Source: Planctomycetota bacterium
Lineage (GTDB): Bacteria > Planctomycetota > UBA1135 > UBA2386
NCBI GenBank assembly: GCA_965228735.1
Contig: OZ245838.1
Location: 6,880,001-6,944,000 of the forward strand
Length of the DNA stretch: 64,000 nt
Direction: 5' to 3'
Made by a program: the position numbers and the translations under genes. Under the pieces are notes generated by a model, which was not told where the DNA came from, did not search any database, and worked only from the letters and a program-made list of their open reading frames with translations. Positions 28,471 through 37,378 of this stretch are shown one piece after another; position 1 is the stretch's first letter; every line of letters begins with the position of its first letter.

Positions 28471-29715
28471 ATGGGTCGCGTCATGCTGTTCCGGTTCAGC
28501 CTCTACGGATTCCTGAAGAACCTGCGCCTGTTCGAGGCGTTCCTCGTGCTCGCGTTGCTCGATCGCGGCCTCGACTTCTTCGCGATCGGGACGCTCGTGC
28601 TCGTGCGGGAGATGACGCTGAACGTGCTCGAGGTGCCGTCGGGCGCGCTCGCCGATGCGGTGGGGCGGCGGCGCTGCATGGTCTTCAGCATGGCGGCCTA
28701 CGTCGTCGGCTACGTCGTGCTCGGCTTCTCCGAGAACTGGTGGGCGCTGGCCGGCGGGATGGTGCTCGCCGGTGCCGGTGACGCGTTTCGCACCGGCACC
28801 CACAAGGCGCTGATCTTCGCGTGGCTGCGCCAGCAGGACCGGGTCGGCGAGAAGACCGCCGTGTACGGCTACACGCGGTCGTGGTCGAAGATCGGTTCGG
28901 CGTGCTCCGCCTTGCTCGGCGGCGCGGTCGTGTTCGCGGGGTTCGGGTTCGAGACCGTGTTCTACGCGAGCGCAGTGCCGGCTGCGGTCAACCTCGTGAA
29001 CCTCGCGACCTATCCCGCGAGCCTGGATGCCGAGATCCGATCGATCGCGGGTGAACGGCCGCGGGTGTGGGGCAACCTCGTCGCGGCTCTGCGCGAGGTT
29101 CGTGAGAGCGGGCGGCTGCGCGCGCTCGTGGGGGGCAGCGCCGGCATCCAGGGCGGCTACACGGTCGCCAAGGACTACGTGCAGCCCGTGTTGTTCAGTC
29201 TCGCCGCCCTGCTGCCCGTGTTCTCCGGCGTGAGCGTCGAGCAGCGGTCGGGGCTCGTCGTCGGCGTCGTCGCGGCGGTGCTGTTCCTGCTCGCCGGCGT
29301 TGCGTCCCGCCGGGCACATCGGTTCGAGGTCCGCGCCGGCGGCGCCGATCGCGCGGTCCGTTGGCTCACGCTCGGTTTCGTGGGGGCCTACGCGGCGCTC
29401 GCCGCCCTGTTGTTCTGCGAACTCATGTGGCCCGCTGCCGCGCTCTTCGTGCTGCTCGCCGTCGGGCAGAACCTCTGGCGCCCGATCCAGGTCGCGCGCT
29501 TCGACGCGCATGCGACGGCCGCCCGCGGCAGCACGATCCTCAGCGTCGAGTCGCAGGCGAAGTCGCTCGTCGTCGCCGCGTTCGCGCCGCTCGTCGGCTG
29601 GCTCGTCGACCTCGCGACCGCGAGGACCGTTGATGGCGACGGGATCGCGCTCTGGCCCGTGCCGCTCGTCGCCGGTGGCCTCACCGTGCTGCTCGCCCGC
29701 CGCGATCTGCGCTGA
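28471..29715 (+). CDS. MFS transporter
   Basis: EVPSGALADAVGRRR (motif A); about 12 TM helices. Confidence 0.9.
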   Translation: MGRVMLFRFSLYGFLKNLRLFEAFLVLALLDRGLDFFAIGTLVLVREMTLNVLEVPSGALADAVGRRRCMVFSMAAYVVGYVVLGFSENWWALAGGMVLAGAGDAFRTGTHKALIFAWLRQQDRVGEKTAVYGYTRSWSKIGSACSALLGGAVVFAGFGFETVFYASAVPAAVNLVNLATYPASLDAEIRSIAGERPRVWGNLVAALREVRESGRLRALVGGSAGIQGGYTVAKDYVQPVLFSLAALLPVFSGVSVEQRSGLVVGVVAAVLFLLAGVASRRAHRFEVRAGGADRAVRWLTLGFVGAYAALAALLFCELMWPAAALFVLLAVGQNLWRPIQVARFDAHATAARGSTILSVESQAKSLVVAAFAPLVGWLVDLATARTVDGDGIALWPVPLVAGGLTVLLARRDLR

Positions 29716-29718
29716 TCG

Positions 29719-30594
29719 TCAACGCAGCAGCGGCGCGAGCGCCCGGCTGTAGGGCTCTCGAAACCGCCGCCATAGGTCCTCGTGCCGGCCGCCCGGCAGG
29801 ATGAGAGTATGCGTGTCGGGGCTGCGGCTGGCGGCGATGAGCGCGCTGGTCTCGGCCATGCGCACCTTCGGGTCGGCATCGCCGGCGACGATCAGTAGCG
29901 GCGCCCGCAGGTCGGCGAGTCGATCGACGGGCCGCAGGTCCGCGACGGGCGCGCCGAGCATCGCGGCGCCGAACCACTCCACCGGCAGCAGCGCGACATC
30001 GGGCAACGGCAGCCACGGCAGCCGGTTGTGCAGCGCGTGCCGCAGGTCGTCGTAACAACTGTCGAGCACCACGAACGCGCAGCGCTCGCCGATGTCCGGC
30101 AGCGCGTAGCCGATCGCGGCGGCGCCGAGGGAATGACCGTGCGCCCCGATCCGTTCGAAGCCGCGCGCGGTCGCCCAATCGAACCACGCGATGACGTCGA
30201 GTCGCTCGCCGTAGCCGAGCAGGATGCGGTCGCCGTCGCTCGCGCCCGTGCCGCGCAGATCGGGCATGAGCACGGCCCAGTTCCGTTCCGCGTAGTGCTC
30301 GGCGAGTGCGGTCATGGACATGCGGTTGCCGCGGATCCCGGCGAGCAACACGACGACCCGACGCGATGAGGCCTTGACGAGCCAACCGCGGACCGTGAGG
30401 CCGTCCGCGGTCGCCGCTTCGACCGACTCGACGGGGTGGCCGGCCAGCTCGGTGCGCGGCGGTATCGTTCCTGGTCGCGGCGCGGTCGCGACGGCGACCG
30501 TCAACCAGCCGAGGAAGATCCAGATCACGAACGCGAGCGTGGCCACGATTGCGCCAACGATCAGGGCGCGGCGTCGGCGGCGCGGTTTGGCCAT
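29719..30594 (-). CDS. Membrane-anchored alpha/beta hydrolase
   Basis: DLRGTGASDG, GHSLG nucleophile elbow, GDAD, H. Confidence 0.9.
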   Translation of the reverse strand: MAKPRRRRRALIVGAIVATLAFVIWIFLGWLTVAVATAPRPGTIPPRTELAGHPVESVEAATADGLTVRGWLVKASSRRVVVLLAGIRGNRMSMTALAEHYAERNWAVLMPDLRGTGASDGDRILLGYGERLDVIAWFDWATARGFERIGAHGHSLGAAAIGYALPDIGERCAFVVLDSCYDDLRHALHNRLPWLPLPDVALLPVEWFGAAMLGAPVADLRPVDRLADLRAPLLIVAGDADPKVRMAETSALIAASRSPDTHTLILPGGRHEDLWRRFREPYSRALAPLLR

Positions 30595-30650
30595 GGTCGC
30601 GACCTTACCGCGAGCACCTTGTGACCGTCGCTAAAGTCGTCCGGCGACCC

Positions 30651-31280
30651 TCAGCTGCTCCAACGATGAACGAGCACGAGGGCGTCGCGGCTCGGCGCCC
30701 GGTGATGGTCGAGCAGGTCGCGCGCGATCTCGAACGGCGACCCCGTCGCCGACAGGTCGCCCGAGCACGGCCACGGCGGTGAAGCGAGGCCGGAGCTCGT
30801 GAGGATCGCGGTGTTGGCGAGGTGGCTTCGGTTCTCGACCCTGGCGCTCTGGACGCTCATGCCGTTGTCGCCTTGCAGGGTGAGCAGGGGCTGCCCGAGT
30901 TCGGTGTGGGCCGCGCACATCGCGTTGCCGACCGTGGCGAACACGCTGTGGTCGACCCCGAATCGCGCGAGCGCGACGCCGCTCGGCTTCGCGCCCGACG
31001 GGGCGACGAGTTCGGCGTCGAGCACCTGCGCGAGCAACTCGGCGGGGTCGGTGCAGACCCTCGAGTCGAGGAAGCGCAGGACCGCGTCGGTGGCGTTCGG
31101 ATCGTCGCCGGCCGTGATCACCGCCGCGACGTGGCTGTCGCGGCCGATCTCGGTGTGGGTGCAGCGATGCGGAACCGATGCGCCGGGAACGGCCGGAGCC
31201 GTCAGGCACCCGGCCTCGTAGTCCGACCCGGCGCCTGCCGCGGCGGCGGGACGTTCCGCGCTCGTTACGATCGCTGTCAT
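30651..31280 (-). CDS. Degenerate RsbX/SpoIIE-like PP2C-fold protein
   Basis: GVALARF, FATVGN, ILTSSGL, RDALVLV resemble RsbX-type motifs but lack the metal-binding Asp residues. Confidence 0.5.
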   Translation of the reverse strand: MTAIVTSAERPAAAAGAGSDYEAGCLTAPAVPGASVPHRCTHTEIGRDSHVAAVITAGDDPNATDAVLRFLDSRVCTDPAELLAQVLDAELVAPSGAKPSGVALARFGVDHSVFATVGNAMCAAHTELGQPLLTLQGDNGMSVQSARVENRSHLANTAILTSSGLASPPWPCSGDLSATGSPFEIARDLLDHHRAPSRDALVLVHRWSS

Positions 31281-31394
31281 GGGGCGGCGCAGGGCCCGGT
31301 CGGGCGCCGTGCTCCTCCGGATGTCACGATCGACGTTCCGCGACGCGGCCTTGAGCCGCGATGCCAGAACCGATGGCACTGGCAGAACGGCCGG

Positions 31395-32693
31395 TCAGCG
31401 CCAGCGCACGGGCCGGGCGCGCGGCGCGAGCACCGCGCGCACGCCGAGCTGCCCTGCCGCCCCGGCACCGACGACCAGGGCCTGCACCGGGCTGTCGAGG
31501 CGCGGGTCACGTTGCGCAGATACTCGCGTGTAGGCGCCCGGCGTGTCCGACCGGGCGATCACCTGCGCCGTCGTCATCGGTCGCCCGCCGTCGAGGATGC
31601 GGCGGTAGAGCACGCGATTGCTCTCGCTCTCCTTGCTGTAGATCGCGATCGCCTGGCGACCCGGGCCCTGTGCGAGCGCGAAGTGCTCGTGGGCGATGTT
31701 GCCGGCGACGAGTTCCGGGTCCTCCGCGAGCACGCCGTTCTGCCACACCTTGCCGTCGGTCGAGTGCGCGAACATCAAGGCGCCCTTGCCGGTTCGGCCC
31801 TGCGCCGCTGCCGGATAGACGACGGTGATCGCGCCGAACGGGTCGACGAGCATCGAGCTCGCGTTCGAGACGTAACGCCCGCTCGCCGGCTTGACGCTGA
31901 CCTCGACGTGCTGCTTCTGATCGAACGTGCGGTCGGCGAGGCGGAAGCTGCGATAGCCGATCAGCGAATGACTCGGTGACGTGCGGTAGCTCGTGTGAGC
32001 CCGGCCGTCGAACAGCTGCAGGTTGGAGTAGACCGCGAAGTTGGAGCTGTTGATCGGGAACGGACCGCGCCAGGGCTCATCGGCTGCGTTCGGATCATGG
32101 ATGAACAACCCCGTGCTCCAGCCGCTCGGCCACGGCGGCTGTCGTGGACGCCGGTGGGTCGTGACGAGGATGTTGACGCGGCTGGCCGCGTCGATGCCGA
32201 GATCGGAGACCCCGAACTGGTCCTCGGCGCCGCGGCCGCGCTGCAGAATCGTCGGCTCGCCGAGCCAGCGATCCTGCCCGGTATCGAAGCGCTGGTGGAC
32301 GGCGCTATGAACGTCGTCGTTGTCGACCTTGGCGGCCCAGGCGACGTGCAGAACGGCGGAGTCAGGACTGCCCGCGGCCGCGCCCCAGACGGACTCGCGC
32401 AGCGGCGTCCGGCCGATGCGACGCCACGTCTGCCCGCGGTCGGTGGAGCGATGGATCGTCAGCCGCCGGGTCGTCTGGTCGTCACCCCGACGTTCGTGGA
32501 CCAGCGCATACAGCCGGCCCTGGCCGTCGGCCGTCACCCCGTCGGAGAACGATCGCATCGGCGAGGCGTGCCAGCCGGGCTCGGGACGCACGACGATCGG
32601 CAGGCCGTCAGGGCTGGTTGCGGTGTCCGATTGGGCGACGACGAGGGTTGCCAGGGAGAGGCCGCTCGCGAGCAGTTGGAGGACGCTTGGCAT
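31395..32693 (-). CDS. Exported BNR/Asp-box beta-propeller protein
   Basis: Signal peptide; Asp-boxes STDRGQTW and STDGKVW. Confidence 0.7.
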   Translation of the reverse strand: MPSVLQLLASGLSLATLVVAQSDTATSPDGLPIVVRPEPGWHASPMRSFSDGVTADGQGRLYALVHERRGDDQTTRRLTIHRSTDRGQTWRRIGRTPLRESVWGAAAGSPDSAVLHVAWAAKVDNDDVHSAVHQRFDTGQDRWLGEPTILQRGRGAEDQFGVSDLGIDAASRVNILVTTHRRPRQPPWPSGWSTGLFIHDPNAADEPWRGPFPINSSNFAVYSNLQLFDGRAHTSYRTSPSHSLIGYRSFRLADRTFDQKQHVEVSVKPASGRYVSNASSMLVDPFGAITVVYPAAAQGRTGKGALMFAHSTDGKVWQNGVLAEDPELVAGNIAHEHFALAQGPGRQAIAIYSKESESNRVLYRRILDGGRPMTTAQVIARSDTPGAYTRVSAQRDPRLDSPVQALVVGAGAAGQLGVRAVLAPRARPVRWR

Positions 32694-32797
32694 GGTGGAG
32701 GTCCGCTGCAGGTGAGAGTCGCGTTGCGACCGCGATGTCAGGCGGAAAGCCGGCACGGTTTCCACGACGCAGCATCCTCCGTAAGCTCCCGAACTTC

Positions 32798-33604
32798 ATG
32801 TCTCGGCCCGTTTTCGTCGTCTGCGGTCCCCGTTCGGGGTCGACCTTCGTCGTCGCGCTGCTCGGCGGCCACGGTCGCATCCAGATGACGAACGAGGCGG
32901 CGTGGGTGACCTACCTGCGCAAGACGTTCCTGCTCGCGAGCACGCCTTCGAGCCAGCAGATCGAGGACGGCGAGGGCTTCGCGACGCCCGGCATCCTGCC
33001 CGAGAAGTACACGGAGGCGATCGCGCGCTCGCACCTGTCCGTGATGCGTCTGTTCGTGACCCGGTTCTATCGGCGCGCGGGATCGCCGATCGATGGCGAC
33101 GACTGTGCGTTCTACGGCGACAAGGTGATGTCGGTGAACGATCTGCGCTTCGCGGCGGAGTGGTTCGACGAGGCGGTGTTCGTGCACCTCGTGCGTGATC
33201 CGCGCGACGTGATCGCGTCGACGTTCGCGTTCTCGCAGAAACACAAGATGCTCTGGGACAGCGCCACGTTCGACACGCGCGTGTCGCACATGGCGGAGTT
33301 CCTCGGCAAGACCGGCGACATCCTGCGGGATCGGCGGAGCCTGCTGTTGCGCTACGAGGACCTGCTGGAGGATCCGGAGCGCCGGGTCGCGGAGCTGTTC
33401 GCGTTCCTCGAGCTCGACGTCGACGGCGGCGTGCGCGAGTTCCTCGACGGCGAGTCGCAGCGGCTCTTCGCCAATCACGGCACGAGCGCAAGCCCGACGG
33501 CGAGCATCGGGCGCTGGCGCCGCGACCTGTCGGCCGAGCAACAGACGCAGGCGACGGCCGGGCTCGCGGCCGAACTCGCGCGCTACGGCTACGAGTCGGC
33601 CTGA
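32798..33604 (+). CDS. Sulfotransferase family protein
   Basis: GPRSGST (5'-PSB), YGDK, VRDPRDVIAS (3'-PB), RYEDL, IGRWR. Confidence 0.9.
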   Translation: MSRPVFVVCGPRSGSTFVVALLGGHGRIQMTNEAAWVTYLRKTFLLASTPSSQQIEDGEGFATPGILPEKYTEAIARSHLSVMRLFVTRFYRRAGSPIDGDDCAFYGDKVMSVNDLRFAAEWFDEAVFVHLVRDPRDVIASTFAFSQKHKMLWDSATFDTRVSHMAEFLGKTGDILRDRRSLLLRYEDLLEDPERRVAELFAFLELDVDGGVREFLDGESQRLFANHGTSASPTASIGRWRRDLSAEQQTQATAGLAAELARYGYESA

Positions 33605-33617
33605 CGGCGCGTCGAAC

Positions 33618-36600
33618 TCAGGTGCCGATGAGGAGCTGGACGCCGTTCGAGGTCACCAGCCCGAGCGCGTTGAGCGACGGCGCGAGCGCGGCCGACTGCG
33701 CGTTGAAGCGCACGCCCATGAGGTTGGTGTCGTTCGGGATCGGGCCCGTGTAGATGCCCTGACCGCCGCTCGGCACGAGGATGACCGTCGCGTTGTTGCT
33801 GACGAACTGGTGGCAGCCCGGCATGCCGAACGACGACAGCTCGATCCCCGGACTGAACTGCTGGAAGCCGAGCAGCTGGAACCCGAGGCCGGAGCCCTGC
33901 GGGAACTCGGTCGTCGTCATCACCGAGCTGCCGCCGAGAACCGGCGGCGTCGCGGTGAGCGTCAGACCGAGCTTGTTCTGCGCGGCGGTCGAGAACCCGG
34001 CGCCCGCGAGCTCGGCCGTGAGGTCGAGGTTGCCGGCGTCGAAGTTGGGCGCCACGTGCGAGTAGCCGACGAGCACCGAGGTGCCCACGCCCGACATCGT
34101 CTGCCACGCGTAGGTGACGGTGCCGCTCTGCGGGTCGAACTGCAGCTGGAACGTGCGCGGCGTCGTCGTGCCAGCGGAGTAGACCCCGTCCCACGTGATG
34201 TGGGCGATGCCGCCGATCTCCTCGAACAGCACCGAACCGCCGCCGGAGGCCGACGGATCGAAGTCGTGCCAGCAACCCCAGCGCGCGACCGTGCCGTTGA
34301 GCCAGTCGGTGGGCGAGATCAGCGGCGAGGTGCCGTTGCCGGCCGCGACCGAGACGAAGCCGTTCGAGCAGACCTCGAGCGTCGACGTCGTGCCGCCCGG
34401 GTAGTTGAACGGCGTCGTCAGGTTGACCGTGACCGCGTCGTCGTCCTGCAGAGCCAGCGTCGTCGCGCTGGCCGTCGGGGCCACGAACGAACCGCCCGTC
34501 AGGCCGAAGTAGGCGTTGCCGAGGCTGATGAGCTGGAACGCCTGGTTGTCGAGGTCGAAGTTCGAGGTGCTGTTGAAGAACTCGTAGAACGCCTTGCTCT
34601 GGCGGTAGCAGCCGTCGCCGAACACGATCGCCCCGGCCGGGTTGCCGCTCGGCCCCTCGATGTCGAGGTTGAAGCCGCCCGGCGCGCCGTTGCTGCCGAC
34701 GCGGATGTAGTAGGTGCCGGGCGAGACCGGGATCGAGAGCGACGACTGCGTGCCGCAGGCGTCGTCATTGCAGCCGACGCTCGTGAGGTTGCCGCAGCTG
34801 CCCGAGAACACCTCGATCACCGTGTCGAACGCCGCGAGGAAGCACGTGTCGACGTCGAGCGTGCCGAAGTTGGTCACGTTGTAGGAGAACCACACGTCGT
34901 TGGCACCGTTGCCGCACGGCCAGGCCGGCGCCGAGGTCGACGCGCCCTGACAGGTGAACGGGCCGTGGACGCCGTTGAGCAGCGGGATCGCCGTCGCGCA
35001 GGAGTCGTTCGTGACGGCCAGCCCCGTGTTCGGGTAGGGGATCGAGTGCCGCAGCGCGGCATAGGTGAGCTCGTTGCTGTGCGGGGTGCCGTTCAGCAGG
35101 TTGGCGTCGTTGTCGTCCGCGAGGAAGATCTCGAGGACCGCGCTCGGCTGATCCTGCGCGTTCGCCGCGATGCTGCCGAGCACGATCCGGTTCGTGATCT
35201 GGATCGCCTGCGACCGGCTCGACAGCGTCTGCGCGAGGCGGTCGCGAAGCTTCCACGCGAAGCCCATGAACGACTCGCCCTGGCTGTGCACGCCGCTGCC
35301 GTTCGGGTACTGCCGCGTGTTGGTGCCCGCCCGGAGGTAGCCGCCGGCCGAGAGGAAGTCCTGGCCGATGATCGCGTCGTCGAGCAGGTACATCCCGCAG
35401 ATGTCGGCCCAGCCCTCGCTCAGACCGTTGGTCTGCGAGATGCCGCCGTAGCGGTCATCGAGTCCGTGACCCCACTCGTGGGCCACGACCGACGAATAGG
35501 CCGAGTTCCGGCAGCCGCCGCCGGCCTGGTAGAAGTTCATCGTGTTGTTGAGGTAGTACGCGTTGCACGTGAAGTTGAGATTCACGCGCGACTGGATCCC
35601 GTCGAGGGACGCGAGCTGGCTCGTGTTGCCGAGCGTCGCGCGGGCCCATTCGTTGACCTCGTTGGTGAAGTAGTAGACGTTGGTGTGCGCCGCGAAGTCC
35701 GGCGTCGCGGTCTGCCACAGGATCTGGAACGTCGTCGTGAGGCCCGGGACGAGCGGGTTCTGCGCCGTCGGCGCGTTGGGGCCCTGGATCAGCTGGCAGT
35801 GGACGCCGTCGAGGTCGACGGTCACGTTGACGTTGTTCTGGATGTTGACGGTGAACATCCCCTGGTTGTCGGTGACCACGGTGCCGACGCCGGGGACGTC
35901 GACCTCGACGTTCGGCAGCGGGACGTTGATGAGCGGGTCGAGCGCGCCCTTCCCGAGCCGGACCCACGCCCGCACGATGCCCGTCGCGATCGGCATCGAC
36001 GCGTTCGCCGTTGCCGCCGCGCTCGGCTGGTCGTCGTCGCCGCCGCTCGCGATCGGGGCCGCGATCGGTGCAACAACGGGGGCCTTGTCAGCGCCCGGGC
36101 GCCGCAGCATGCCGGCCATGCCGAGGCGCGTCGCCGCCGCATCGGTGTCGACCTCACGGTTCGAGCAGCCGAAGCCGCACTCGTGCTTGTCGTTGCGGAA
36201 GTGCAGGACGTCGCCGTTCACCGCCGAGACGTAGTAGCGGCCGGCCTTGCCCTGACCGGTGGCGTCGATCGCGCTGACCGGGATCTCCCACGCGAGGTGC
36301 GGCGTCGCGAGCTTCGGTGCGTGCATGTCCGCCCAGATCACGAGGCGCGGTGCGCGCGGCTTGCCGGGCTGTTCCGCCGTCGGGATCGTCTCGATCTGCG
36401 ACCACGCGATGCGCTTCGCTTCGAGCTCGGCGATCGCCGGCACGGTCGGCAGATCGGCCGGGATCTGGATCGCCAGGCTGCCGAACATCGACACCTGACC
36501 GACGCGGTGCACGCGCACGTCGGCGCGACCGTTCAGGACCGGCAGGCCGCGGTAGTACTGATCGAAGACGAAGCTGTAGTTGTTGCCGATCGGTTGGGCG

Positions 36601-37028
36601 ATCGCTTCGCGAAACTCACAGAGCCCGAGGCCGAGCAGTTCCGACTGCCGCTCGAGCAGGAGCAGCGCGTGTCGCCGGGCTTCGCTCATCGAGTCCTCGA
36701 GCCACGTGTCGACCGTGAGGCCCGGACCGTAGATGTGTTGCGGGGTGCCGGTCGCGGTGCTCCAGCGGGTCTGCCAGTTGCCCGGGTGCTGCACCAGGAA
36801 GCGCTGGAACGCCGCGCTCTCGGCCTCGTACTTCGCCGCGAACTGCCGGGCCGGGTCGGCGATGGCGTTCTGATACTCGTTCTGCGAACGGCCGGGTTGC
36901 TCGGATCCCGCTTGCGCGCGGATCTCGGAGATCCCGATCCCGGAGATCGCGAGGGTCAGGGTCAGCGAGGAGGTGACGATGGCCCGCGAGAGGGCGGCCC
37001 CGGACGGGGCGGAGGGAAGGGTTCTCAT
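33618..37028 (-). CDS. Large secreted M4/M36-like zinc metallopeptidase, multidomain
   Basis: FTP/PepSY-like propeptide, NAYY, VAHEWGH...LSEGWAD, accessory beta domains, conserved C-terminal domain. Confidence 0.85.
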   Translation of the reverse strand: MRTLPSAPSGAALSRAIVTSSLTLTLAISGIGISEIRAQAGSEQPGRSQNEYQNAIADPARQFAAKYEAESAAFQRFLVQHPGNWQTRWSTATGTPQHIYGPGLTVDTWLEDSMSEARRHALLLLERQSELLGLGLCEFREAIAQPIGNNYSFVFDQYYRGLPVLNGRADVRVHRVGQVSMFGSLAIQIPADLPTVPAIAELEAKRIAWSQIETIPTAEQPGKPRAPRLVIWADMHAPKLATPHLAWEIPVSAIDATGQGKAGRYYVSAVNGDVLHFRNDKHECGFGCSNREVDTDAAATRLGMAGMLRRPGADKAPVVAPIAAPIASGGDDDQPSAAATANASMPIATGIVRAWVRLGKGALDPLINVPLPNVEVDVPGVGTVVTDNQGMFTVNIQNNVNVTVDLDGVHCQLIQGPNAPTAQNPLVPGLTTTFQILWQTATPDFAAHTNVYYFTNEVNEWARATLGNTSQLASLDGIQSRVNLNFTCNAYYLNNTMNFYQAGGGCRNSAYSSVVAHEWGHGLDDRYGGISQTNGLSEGWADICGMYLLDDAIIGQDFLSAGGYLRAGTNTRQYPNGSGVHSQGESFMGFAWKLRDRLAQTLSSRSQAIQITNRIVLGSIAANAQDQPSAVLEIFLADDNDANLLNGTPHSNELTYAALRHSIPYPNTGLAVTNDSCATAIPLLNGVHGPFTCQGASTSAPAWPCGNGANDVWFSYNVTNFGTLDVDTCFLAAFDTVIEVFSGSCGNLTSVGCNDDACGTQSSLSIPVSPGTYYIRVGSNGAPGGFNLDIEGPSGNPAGAIVFGDGCYRQSKAFYEFFNSTSNFDLDNQAFQLISLGNAYFGLTGGSFVAPTASATTLALQDDDAVTVNLTTPFNYPGGTTSTLEVCSNGFVSVAAGNGTSPLISPTDWLNGTVARWGCWHDFDPSASGGGSVLFEEIGGIAHITWDGVYSAGTTTPRTFQLQFDPQSGTVTYAWQTMSGVGTSVLVGYSHVAPNFDAGNLDLTAELAGAGFSTAAQNKLGLTLTATPPVLGGSSVMTTTEFPQGSGLGFQLLGFQQFSPGIELSSFGMPGCHQFVSNNATVILVPSGGQGIYTGPIPNDTNLMGVRFNAQSAALAPSLNALGLVTSNGVQLLIGT

Positions 37029-37378
37029 GGCAGTGCTGGGGCGGCAGAAAACGCGGGGTAGAACGGTTTTCTTCCGGAATCGGCGATCGTCGCGTGCGGG
37101 CTGCGGACCGTCAAGGCGGGCGACGGCCCGCCGCACGGGCTCCGGGGCCCCCGATCGGCTCGCAACGCGGGTCGGCGTGCTGCTGCTAGGAGTGTAGCTG
37201 CAAGGGGTTGGCGAGGTCACCGGGAAGGGAAACAGGCCCTGCGGGTTGACCCGAATCCCGATCCCGGACGAGATCACAGAGTCGCCGGCGCCACCGGGGG
37301 GAGCGCCCGACTCGCCCGGATCTGCCCGGGCGGTCGCGGTCGGTCGGCGGACCGTCGTTTCGATACCTTGCGAAGGTC

